This document shows, piece by piece, positions 14,110 through 24,886 of a stretch of 38,993 bases of DNA; the stretch's first letter is position 1; each line of letters begins with the position of its first letter. Made by a program: the position numbers and the translations under genes. The stretch is from Octopus bimaculoides. Lineage: Eukaryota. The notes beneath the pieces are model-generated. The model was not told where the DNA came from and searched no databases. It was given only the letters and a program-made list of their open reading frames with translations. The stretch covers positions 112,933,474 through 112,972,466 of the forward strand of contig NC_068982.1 of assembly GCF_001194135.2 (NCBI RefSeq). Reading direction: 5' to 3'.

Positions 14110-14320
14110 ACGCACACATACACACATATATTCACAGAGAGTTGAAACGCTGTTTGATTTTTCTCCTCACTTCCATTGCACACACGCACATACACACACA
14201 CACACACACACACATATACATGCACACATACACACACAAACAAACATCACATACCTCCTTTTTACATACACACACATCTACTCACACAGAGTTGAAAAGC
14301 TGTTTGATTTTTTCATCCCC
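14110..14320. repeat. (CA)-rich region with an about 35-bp direct repeat (ACAGAGAGTTGAAACGCTGTTTGATTTTT at about 14133 and 14284)
   Basis: Direct read. Confidence 0.7.
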
Positions 14321-15004
14321 CAGCTACCAGTTTGCCATCACCCCTTCCTTCCTTATTCATCTATCTATCTTACTCATCTACTGCCCCTTCCTTTCTCGTC
14401 CATATGTTGTGACGGAGAACAACAGATGAGTATTATTATAGTAGAAGATTCCAAATTCTTGTTAGAGTGGAGATTGGACCAGTCAGTCTGTACGGTGATG
14501 GCTTGATTGAAGAAGACCTTGCGTAATGGATGCCCTTCCTGATAAATATTTCAAAGAGTTGAAACGAAATATGCTTACATATCCTTTTAACAAGATTATC
14601 GTTCAGTTATTTTACAAGAAAGATGTTACTGTTCCTCGATTTTCGGTGAATGGTTCAAACTACCCTCTTCATGTTAAATACTAAAAATGATGTTCCGGAT
14701 ATTATATATTTATACGATTCTATACGTTATGGTATTGCATTATGTTATTGTGTGTCTGTATGTATGTTATGAAACTAATATCCGATAGCATAGCATGCAA
14801 TGTGATGTGCCAACGATACATCAACTGCGCAATCATTTGCGCTCCGAAGAATAACAATCAAATTTCTAAAATAAAACACGGTACCTTCTTATAACAGGAT
14901 GAAGATGAATAGTTTAATTCCAAGGCGAACACACTATATAGGAATATCATGAGCAAAAACGGACCTCAAGTTTTCTCTCTTTTAAATGAACTAAATGAAC
15001 TATA

Positions 15005-15417
15005 GGCGCAGGAGTGGCTGTGTGGTAAGGAGCTTGCTTACCAGCCACATGGTTCCGGGTTCATTCCCACTGCGCGGCACCTTGAATAAGTGTCTTCTAC
15101 TATAGTCTCGGGCGGACCGAAGCCTTGTGAGTGGATTTGGTAGACGGAAATCTGAAAGAAGCCCGTCGTATATATGTATATATATATATATGTGTGTGTG
15201 TGTGTGCATATGTTTGTGTGTATGTGTTTGTCCCCCCAACATCGCTTGATAACCGATGCTGGTGTGTTTATGTCCCCGCAACCTAGCAGTTCAGCAAAAG
15301 AGACCGATACAATAAGTACTAGGCTTCCAAAGAATAAGTCCTGGGGTCGATTTGCTCGACTAAAGGCGGTGCTCCAGCATGGCCACAGTCAAAGGATTGA
15401 AACAAGTAAAAGAGTAA
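15005..15417 (+). mobile_element. Full-length bipartite tRNA-derived SINE with internal (TA)/(TG) microsatellite
   Basis: GGCGCAGGAGTGGCTGTGTGGTAAG (A box), GGTTCATTCCC (B box), GCACCTTGAATAAGTGTC (CORE-like), and tail GGGGTCGATTTGCTCGACTAAAGGCGGTGCTCCAGCATGGCC...GAAACAAGTAAAAGAGTAA. Other copies at 15551, 30628 and 38755. Confidence 0.92.
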
Positions 15418-15550
15418 TTTGAACTTATGCATTTCCAGGGAAGGATCGAAATGTTAAATCAAATATTACTATACTTTACATTCTTTTAGTAGCCCATTTT
15501 CACATTACTCTCCCATTTAATCTTATTGTTCGAATTTAATATGCATAGTT

Positions 15551-16010
15551 GAGTGACTGTGTGGTAAGTAGCTTCCTTACCAACCACATGGTTCCGGNNN
15601 NNNNNNNNNNNNNNNNNNNNNNNNNNNNNNNNNNNNNNNNNNNNNNNNNNNNNNNNNNNNNNNNNNNNNNNNNNNNNNNNNNNNNNNNNNNNNNNNNNNN
15701 NNNNNNNNNNNNNNNNNNNNNNNNNNNNNNNNNNNNNNNNNNNNNNNNNNNNNNNNNNNNNTGTATGTATGTATATATGTATGTATATGTAAGTGTGTGT
15801 ATATGTTTTTGTGTCTGTGTTTGTCCTCCCAACATCGCTTGACAACCAATACAGGTGTGTTTACGTCCCTGTAACTTAGCGGTTCGGCATAAGAGACCGA
15901 TAAAATAAGTACTAGGCATACAAATAATAAATCTTGGTGTCGATATGCTCGACTAAAGGCGGTGCTCCATCATGGCCGCAGTCAAATGACTGAAACAAGT
16001 AAAGAATAAA
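15551..16010 (+). mobile_element. Second copy of the same SINE, spanning a 164-N gap (15598-15761)
   Basis: Head (TGTGTGGTAAGTAGCTTCCTTACCAACCACATGGTTCCGG) before the gap, tail (…GACTGAAACAAGTAAAGAATAAAAA) after it. Confidence 0.88.
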
Positions 16011-16529
16011 AAAATATTTACTTCTAAGTATTATAATATATATATAATATGAAATATGTATTTTGCTTCTAACCTCCTAACACGTTTGTGCTTCATTTAA
16101 TCTCATGGTTAGATTTTAACATCATTTCAAGCTTAGTATCCTGTTAACCTTTCCTTTCAACTTGATATTTTCAAATGCTTTCTTTAGTATTTAGTTTGTC
16201 TTTGAGTGAATTTTATTGTCATTTTCTTATATTTTAGTATTTCGTTACTCTTTTATTTCATCCTATTGTTAATGTCTTTTATTCTTTCATTTAAACTTAC
16301 TTTTAACATTTTCTAAATCATCAGTATTTTAATAGTCTTAGAAGTAACCTTATGCGAAACTTTTTTCTAAGATTACTTCCTTCATATCTTACATCATCAG
16401 TTTTCAAAACCTTTAATGTAATCACGAAGACATGCACTTTTCAACTGTCGCTCATTTTACTTTTTGTCTTTTCGAAGAGGTTATATGTAGTACTTTCAAT
16501 CTTCTGTCATCGTTTCTCCACTCTGTCTC

Positions 16530-16690
16530 TCCTCCTCTCCCCCCTCTCTCTCTCTCTCCACTCTCTCTCTCACTGTATACACACACATATATACACACAC
16601 ACACATATATACACACACAAACACACACACACACAAACACAAACACAAACACAAACACACATATATACATACAACACGTACACATACAAC
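16530..16690. repeat. (CT)n/(CA)n/(ACAAAC)n microsatellite cluster
   Basis: Direct read. Confidence 0.9.
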
Positions 16691-16849
16691 TGAACGTACA
16701 AATAAGCAGCATGCTTTAATCAGTATGTTGAACCGACGTGTTTGGTTATGAATAAGTAAACAAAACTAAGAATATGCCTGAATATAAAGCATGACACATT
16801 AAATTGAGACAGATAACAACACAAAAGCATGCCAAAAACTTGTACCACC

Positions 16850-17270
16850 ATCCACTACACGACACACATAATAAAGCAAAAGAACTAAATATTCCATCCA
16901 AACACCAATCACAACCTGAAACGCCTCATCGTGTGCTCACACTTCATAAATCTTACGAATCATTTGGTCACAGTTACATTCCCAACACTAATTTTAGGTT
17001 AATAATCAATTTAGAGATTTCACTGAGTTTAATTGTCAAAAGTGTTCTCTTCACAATCAGCCGTAAGATTAGAAACGCTGTTATTCAGAGCTTCAGAAGT
17101 ATAGAAAACAAATCATTCTGCTAATTCACCCAGTTCAATATAGTTGATTTCTATGCACCGCTAGCTCAACTTTTTCTGAAAACCTTAGAATTTGAGAGAC
17201 GTTAACCATCGTTAAAAGCATCGAGCCCAAGATGATAATGAAATTTTAGAAGTTTCTCTTTGAGTATGAC
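16850..17270 (+). mobile_element. Penelope-like element reverse transcriptase fragment, decayed
   Basis: Translation TLHKSYESF...TNFRLIINLEISLSLIVKSVLFTISRKIRN...IENK...FTQFNIVDFYA...KTLEF matches the PLE RT pattern (TLKDHK..F...P.CRLINP...SK.IL...FDIV.FYPSI) as I recall it. Confidence 0.7.
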
Positions 17271-20200
17271 AATTCTTACTGAGTAAAATATGAGAGTGTT
17301 TTTTCAGTCGATATTTCAATCGGAAACGATAAATATGTAGATGCGTATATATATATATGCGTGTATGTATGCATGCATGCATATATATATGCGTTGTGTG
17401 TGCATGTATGTAAAGAAAGTGCGCTGTTTTTTATAACCACACTCTCTCCAACATTATAACCAATAAACAGAAATGTATTATCTAATACTCATCTTCATTG
17501 CATTCTATTACCTTTCTTTCGAAGTATTTTTTTTCTTTTTTTTTCTTTTTTGTTTTCTTTTAGAATAATTCACCTGAATAATGGATCTTCTTGAAGACAT
17601 AAAGGCTTTCACTACTTCATGGCAAAAAGAGACATGCAACATAGAGAAACATAATAACGATCAAAACGAAAATGGAATATAATAACAAAAATGACAAAAT
17701 AGATGCTAAATAAATCATTGTAAAAGTCGCAGGTGGATAGAAAATAGAAAATCCTGTGCAAGGAAAAATAATTTTTTAGAAGAAAGAAACTATGAGGAGA
17801 ATTTTTGTAGAACCTTGAAGTATACTCCCATTTTTATAATTCGATTAATGGAAAAATGAGATGTCATTATGATAAAAAATTTTCTGTACCTATAGAATAT
17901 CAAAGTTTATTGTTGATGAGTAAATTTGAGAAAATTGCTTTCTAAAATTCGATCATTACAACATAATAGACGTGCTCTTTTCAGCTTCAGCAGTTAAACA
18001 GGCAAATAGAATTAAGCAAGAAAACTAAATTATTATTATTTCTTTGAGAATTGTCAATGACAATGGAACCTATTTACATTTATAACTACGGGCATGCAGT
18101 TTGTTTTTGGTTAATGCGCAGTTATATATGCGTATGTGTGTGTGTGTGTGTGTATAAATATATACATACGAACTCACTCACATGCACACACACATCTGTA
18201 CATATATATGTATGGAAGCAATCAGTTTCACACATATCCTTATTCATAATCACACACAGATACACGTATATGTTATCGAAGCACGGACTTGTACTTATGG
18301 ATGTGTGTGTGTGTGTGAATATGCGTTAATGCATTTCTCAGATGCCTTATCAGTAAAAGAGGTTTTATAATTCCTTCTGATATGAATGCGTTAAAAAAAA
18401 ATCATGCTGTTTGATCAATATATTCTAGGATGAACCTAGGTATCAGAATCTTAAGCGTAGTTATTTCTAAGCTAATATCATATATTGTTATCATAGCTGA
18501 AAAATGAGTGCAAGATTGTTCGTTGTTCTTGAATATAAAGCGCACACTTTTGCCAAAATCTCTGGAGAATAAGGAATATAAACAGTTCCTTTCCAATAGT
18601 AGACTCAGACTCAGGGGCAGCTGTTGAAAAACCATTAATTTATCTTCTCTAATTCAAAAGCTCATAATAAAATATAACATACAATCATCGGTACCTCCAG
18701 ATGCATGTGATATATATAATGCAGTGCTCCAGCATGGCTGCAGTCTATATATATGTGGTAGAATTCGGGTGAAAACCTCGTAATGTGCACTTAAAAACTC
18801 TTATACCGTTACCACTTGATATCTTGCAGTAGTGTGTATTCCAGGGTTGCATACGCATGCGGAACTTCCCTTCATGTGAGATTATTACAAGGATAATATA
18901 AAAGTATAGAGGATAACAGGTTTTAATAGTAAATCACAACATTTTTTTCTGCACCGCAGACGGTTGTAACAAGAACAAATTCAGTAACATTATCAGCAAG
19001 AACATCAATATTAATCCACATATTTAGTTCACGTTGGATGCTAAATAGCAAATCATTATTTTCAGACTAAACAGGCTAGGTATAGATAGCAAGAGTAAAT
19101 TATGTCTACTCCACGGATATTTACATGACATATCTATGCTAGAAGCACCAGAATGTATACGTGAGATCCTCATCTGCTCTCCACACGATTGATGGACTTT
19201 TATGACACATGTTTTTGAGAAATATTATTCCAATATCGTATGAGGTTTTCAAACATACCTTAATGTGAGGAAATCAACCTACTTAGCAGAGTTATTAAAA
19301 CGACTCTGTGCAGTAAAACTGGGTAATCGATAGGATAGTAATCATACAGTGATCTGAACTGTGACCCCGACTACCCAGCAAAAATATCTTGAATTTATGC
19401 TGTGATCTCGAAATTAATATCTAACTATACATACTTATTGCTTTACTTGAAATAGAGGTATCATAACAGGTGTTTTATTAATTTAAGTATGTTTAATTAT
19501 ATATCATAGCTCTAGTTGTTCGCCATTTTTCTTTTCTTGTGTAGTGATGTTGAATACATATCAAACACCTTACAGCTATTAGTGCTTAGCGAAGAGAAAG
19601 TGTTCTTATGAGAAAAGCTGTATAAGTTGTACTCATTTCTTCCAAGTTGGAATGTCACTTGTTTTCTTTTCAAAAGAATTGTGTCATTATGATGTATAAT
19701 TCGGTCAAAGGTACTTAGCTTTGCGTGGTTAGTATTCAGAACTAAATGCAATAAATTCAATACCTTTTAATTCGTCACTGAAAAAGAACAAGCGATATAT
19801 TAATGGTTAAATATATTTTCTGTGAAGAACATCAAAAAACTTAATATGCTGCGACAGAAATCCATTCTGATTTTTCCTATATATTACTTATATTTGCATG
19901 TCGTTCTCAAATGTCGTTGGTTATTGGAACATACTTAATTTCAGATATTGGCCTCGTGACCTACGATTACTGATGTCATGCCGATCATTTTAAAAGAATA
20001 TTTTGGCTTCTAACTCAGCTGACTTGTCTATGTTTACTTGTTATTAAGAGAGAGTCCTTATAATTTTCTGATTATGTGTAACTATAATTTGATATAACTA
20101 ACTAGTATATAATCACATAACATCAGAGGCTTAATGTTTTAATTATGGGAGACGTTATGTCAAGTGCTTCTACAATATTTGGACATATTGAAAAGAATTT

Positions 20201-22504
20201 ATGATGAATGCAAGAAAGGAATTATTTTTACTCTGAGAACATAATTTAAGTTGTGGGATTTATAAACGAGGATGCAAATTACCCATGTCACAAAAATAAA
20301 CGCTGTTTAAAAGAATACGATGAGCATTTTACGTAGAAGGCCACATGCGTTTGGTAAGGGGCGCTATACGTTTACAGGGATTGCAATAGTCAACAGGCAC
20401 ATATTTTATTGTTTGCAGAAGTTGAGAAGCAAAAATGACTTAGATTTGAAAGTAAAAGCATAAATAGTTGTAATTCACTATCACAATTTATGCAATTGTT
20501 GAGATTCGTCGCCATTTTTCTTCTTATGATTGTATTTGTAAAATTATATCGATAGAAATGTGGTTCACATAACGCGTCGTTATTAAAGAACGATTATAAC
20601 ATAACATACATTTAAAATATATCTAAATATAATACATTAAAATATAATTGACTAGAACATTTATGGTTCAATTAACACCAATTCAGAGTTTTATGAATAT
20701 ATCTTTTCACGTTGCCGTCTTAAAAGCAAGTGAGATTTCAGAATATAGTGAAGTTTATTCTTTAAAATATAAGTGAAGAATATCAGTTCTCTTTCTTTTA
20801 GGTTAGCATTCCATTGTCGTATTTTATAGTGTTGCAATTTACATTGAAGCTTGAAGCATTTATTGAATACAGTCACTGAGAAAATACTTAGAACATTCAT
20901 TTATCACATTTAAAGAAACCTCCAGTTTTACCAGAATATTAACGAATGTTTTGCCACACATACAAAAAAAACAAAAAACAGCGGCGTGAGGTGCATATTT
21001 GCTGCCAAGTCAATACTTACAAGAAAGTTCCAATTATAACCTCGAAAAATGCGTGAAACCTTAATTTAATACAAGACAATGACTGAGTGAAATCTCAATG
21101 TTATACAAAACGATGACTGAGTTTCTGCAATGTGTTCATGGGATCTGCTATAAATCATATAAAAGTGACCACATATACGTGAAAGCACGCAGAAGAAAAG
21201 GATATATTGAATAATATATTTCAAGATATAATTTTTCTCGAAAAAATATAGCTTGGTCAGGGTTGGTACGTGTTTCATTATATTTGTGCTCAATACGCTA
21301 TCAGTTTCTTTATAATTCCCAGTATTTTACTACAAACATTTTCTAGCTATTATTGAAACATAGAATATTGGATTAAACAGTTAGCATAAAATATCATATA
21401 TGTTACTTAAAAGATTTGTAAAATATCATCACATTTATAAAGATTGCTCTTAAAACCTAGAAAAGATTATTCAAATTTGATTAAATATCTATTCTTCAGT
21501 TTAAGTGAATCAGGAATTATTAAGAATATATATAGGTAAAAATATAGTACCCACAAGAGTTGTTCTATTCCAACAATGAGATCTTCACTTACATAATTAA
21601 AGAACATACCTGCAAACATGATACATGGCTACGCACTATATGAATATCTATAGGATGGAGAAGTATGTAAAAAGTAGTGCCAAGAAGTGAGAACAATATG
21701 TAAGTACTCAGGTTTCAATGTCATTTCACGCGACCACAGACCTGTGGAGTAAGGTATCTCAATATATACTCGAAGGAAAAATATTATGTAGAACAAAATA
21801 ACATTATGCATCTATACATTTCTTGCAAACTTTAAAACTGGACTACTGATCTTAATATTACATCACAGTTTTATGGTTATCCTTTTACAATTCGAGAAGA
21901 TAGCTACAGAATGCCTACTGAACAAATGATCGTTAAGCGTTTACACCACGAAAATACGACGGAAAATGTCAATAATGTCACTTATCTTAAAAGGATATTA
22001 TACGTGTTATCAGTAGCTTTCCTAAAATATCATTGAGGTACTACCATGGAACGGGATCTTATTGCTAAAACAATGTAAAATGATATTCATGGAAAATAGT
22101 ATCCGGGATGATAAACGTTTGTTTTCCCCTGATGCTTGGTACATACCTCTATTTCAGCATTGAGGATATTAGTTGAGCGTTTTCACAAACAGTTCCACCA
22201 AATAATAGAAAACACACACACAAACAAACAGTTTAATATAGTTCTTTGGATCAGAAAATAAATATTAATACAGTAATATTGTTTAGTAGCCTGGCAAATT
22301 TGAACATTTCATTAAAATTACTGAGAGAGAGAATGGATATGAATAAATTATAAAAGGTACAGCTTTTCTTGACACATTATGAATTTACAAACTTACTGAA
22401 CAGGATACTTAATACAGTTCTATATTTAAGAGATGATGAATTATGTACGTTATTTGCATTATTTACATTTGACGGATACTTGTCCTCATCTTGTTTTGTT
22501 GTTA

Positions 22505-22552
22505 ACATAACGTTTCGGCTGATATACCCTCCAGCCTTCATCAGGAGGTGTC
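22505..22552 (-). ncRNA. Minimal type I hammerhead-ribozyme-like motif (core intact, stem I disrupted)
   Basis: Minus strand: GACAC-CTC-CTGATGA-A-GGCTG-loop-CAGCC-GAAACGTT-ATGT. Confidence 0.55.
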
Positions 22553-22769
22553 TTGGAGAAATTTCGAACCTGTGGGATGAAGTTAAAATAATTGACAGAG
22601 AACATCATTGGAAAATACGAAAACTAAAAGAAGTAGCACATATGCTAGGACACAACAACCTCACAAGCAGACCGAGTGCCGATATAACAGCATATGGGAA
22701 CCAGTATTAAGGAATGATAGGAAAATATTAGATTTATAAGGCCTAAAAATTCACTCCATAATTTCCCAC

Positions 22770-22837
22770 GGGCATATGGTGTAGTGGTTAAGAGTGCGGG
22801 CTACTAACCTCAAGATTCCGAGTTTGATTCCAGGCAG

Positions 22838-22839
<2 letters not shown>
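22770..22839 (+). other. tRNA-like (SINE-head-like) segment inside the PLE 3' region; not a functional tRNA
   Basis: TGGTGTAGTGGTTAAG (A box), anticodon-like loop CTACTAA, GAGTTTGATTCC (B-box-like); no proper acceptor stem; followed by (AAT)n at 22840-22870. Confidence 0.65.
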
Positions 22840-22873
<34 letters not shown>

Positions 22874-22920
22874 TCGAAAAATACCTTAGGAACGAGAACC
22901 CAGGTTCAAAATTTCCCCAA

Positions 22921-22966
22921 GACACCAGACGAAGGCTGGAGGGTATATCAGCCGAAACGTTGTGTT
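22921..22966 (+). ncRNA. Minimal type I hammerhead-ribozyme-like motif (stems intact, one core substitution)
   Basis: GACAC-CAGACGA-A-GGCTG-GAGGGTATAT-CAGCC-GAAACGTT-GTGTT. Confidence 0.55.
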
Positions 22967-23228
22967 AACAACAAACAAGATGAGGATAAATATCTGTCAA
23001 ATGTAAATAATGTAAATAGTATCAATAAGGATCCTTAATATTCACTTATTTTTCGATATATTTAAACAAAATACTTCATTTTCTCTTGCTTTTCGACATA
23101 TTTAGATGAACGCCGATATCACTTATATTTTTACATATTTAGATGAACGCTGATATCAATGCTAGAATATGAGTTTAGAAGATCGCAGGTTGAAAGTATA
23201 AGCTGTACATGAACACGTGTTTCTTTTA

Positions 23229-23910
23229 CCCGGCCGCGAAATTTTTTTCCCCAACAAGAGTTCTGGACCCCAGTTATGAACTTATTTGTATACAGCCAAT
23301 CAGAGCTCAAATACCACCTAGTCACGAAAACACTCTGGTTGAGTTCAGTGTAAAATGTGCGTTATAGCCAAATCTAACTGTTCTAAACGGGCTTATAGGC
23401 GTGACAAATGTGAAATTTAGTGTATAAAGTGAATAGAGAACTCCTCACCGATGATGCCATAAGTGTTGCCAATTTGCATAATTTACTAAAAGATGTAAAT
23501 GTGTGTAGTTTCCTAATTTTTTTACTGACTATGTTCATTCTTAATTTAAAATGTTGGTGTTGATCTGGAAATATCGTAATCAATACAGCGTTGTGCCGTA
23601 CTGCGCCCTCCTTATATATATCAATGGGTACATGCAGTATCACTAATTTCAGTCTGAGCGTAGGTGCCTAATGTTAGCTCCATATAGAGATGGTGTTCAA
23701 TTGATCTATGAGGACGGTGTGGGGGTAGATGTGGTGCTTATGTGAGACCTATGTTGTACTCACAGAGTGACATACACCATTCTATGCCTGACTGGCTGTA
23801 CTGTAGTAGTATACAGTATGTCGATTTTCAAGGTGAGCTGTGATTGGCTGTATGCAAATGAGTTCATTACTGGGGTCCGGAACTCTTGTGGTAAAAATTT
23901 CGCGACCGGG
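23229..23910. mobile_element. Non-autonomous TIR element, cassette 1 (about 80-bp TIRs starting CCCGG, TA on both flanks)
   Basis: TA|CCCGGCCGCGAAATTTTT...CAGCCAATCAGAGCTC (23229-23308) is the inverted match of GAGCTGTGATTGGCTG...AAAAATTTCGCGACCGGG|TA (23835-23910). Confidence 0.75.
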
Positions 23911-24447
23911 TAGCGAAATTTTTCCTTACGAGAGTTCCGGAACACGGTAATGAACTCATTTGCATACAGCCAATCACAGCTCATAGTGACCTTGTTGTTA
24001 AGTTAACAAACACACTCTACCAAGTAAACTCAAGACGAAGAACGGTGTTATAAGTCGACCAATCACCAAGTTATGTCTGATTTTAGGAGACAAATAATTT
24101 GATGGATTCGCATCTATACTTATTATCGGATTTTGTTAAGCCTCCATATGGTAAAGATGTCGATGGGAAAAGAGTGGTTAGATAGCAACTTACTGTTTTC
24201 CAAAGTAAACAACAACACAAACAACTACGCAGAGGCAGCCATGGTTGAAACAAGAACAAGAACGACAAGCATTCTTAAAAGAGAAAAGAAGCATGATCAT
24301 TCCTTATCCAAAAGCCCTTTTCTTATCGCCCATCACTTGTTATGCGCTGATAAATTAGTTTGATGGTTGAGCTCTGATTGGCTGTGTGTAAATGAGTTCA
24401 TAAGTGGAGGCCGAAACTCTCGTGGGAAAGAAAATTTCGCTACTCGA
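23906..24447. mobile_element. Non-autonomous TIR element, cassette 2 (same TIR family), carrying a MULE-like transposase remnant
   Basis: CCGGGTAGCGAAATTTTT...CAGCCAATCACAGCTCA (23906-23983) is the inverted match of TGAGCTCTGATTGGCTG...AAAATTTCGCTACTCGA (24368-24447). The interior encodes KEW...NLL...NNNTNNYAEAAM (24169-24243). Confidence 0.7.
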
Positions 24448-24619
24448 CTTCCCTTTTTAATCATTCTAGTAGCATTTACTTTGCTGCTCTATTCAATTTC
24501 CTCTAACCGCTACAAATGCAACGAATTTTAGTGTATAGTATATATATACTATACACTAAAATTCGTTATACCATATAATATGTTTTTGTGTGTACATATA
24601 TACATCCATAAATAAATGC

Positions 24620-24626
24620 ATACAAT

Positions 24627-24680
<54 letters not shown>

Positions 24681-24790
24681 TGTGCGTGTGTGTGTCTTTG
24701 TGTCTGTGTTTTCCCCACACGCATACACACACGTTTGACAATCGGTGCTGGTGTGTTTACGTCTCCGTAACTTTTAGTTTTGATGTCAAA
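24620..24790 (+). mobile_element. (TG)n plus truncated middle part of the bipartite SINE
   Basis: TGTCTGTGTTTTCCCC...TTTGACAATCGGTGCTGGTGTGTTTACGTCTCCGTAAC aligns to the 15225-15290 and 15810-15880 segments. Confidence 0.7.
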
Positions 24791-24886
24791 ATTGCAAAGT
24801 GTTAGCATCCTATAATTCTGCTTGTCATTCAGTTAGTAAGTCAGCACGTGCATTGCGATCTATTGGGCAATTATCATAAAAAATTG

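Larger units (their letters stand above)
22452..23017 (+). mobile_element. Penelope-like element 3' end (GIY-YIG C-terminus, tRNA-like segment, (AAT)n, terminal repeat) with an inverted copy of the terminal repeat at its 5' side
   Basis: Arms 22452-22572 and 22901-23017 are reverse complements with few mismatches. The interior encodes WDEVKIIDREHHWKIRKLKEVAHM (GIY-YIG-type R..KE). Inverted partial terminal repeats are an established PLE trait. Confidence 0.85.

Noticed and set aside
17540-17690. Strong poly-T acceptor followed by a 33-codon ATG frame (MDLLEDIK…)
   Set aside because: Too short, no convincing donor, no homology recognised.
21600-21625. Minus-strand TTTGCAG|GTATGT (exon end or recursive splice site)
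   Set aside because: Weak pyrimidine tract, no open exon, and opposite strand to the better microexon candidates.
22770-22839. tRNA gene call here and at the SINE heads (11789, 15005, 34711)
   Set aside because: Acceptor stems are incomplete and each runs into a SINE or PLE body; these are tRNA-derived heads.
23309-23833. NUMT or transposase origin for the cassette 1 interior
   Set aside because: No mitochondrial gene or rRNA motif recognised, and only vague peptide resemblances; left unclassified.
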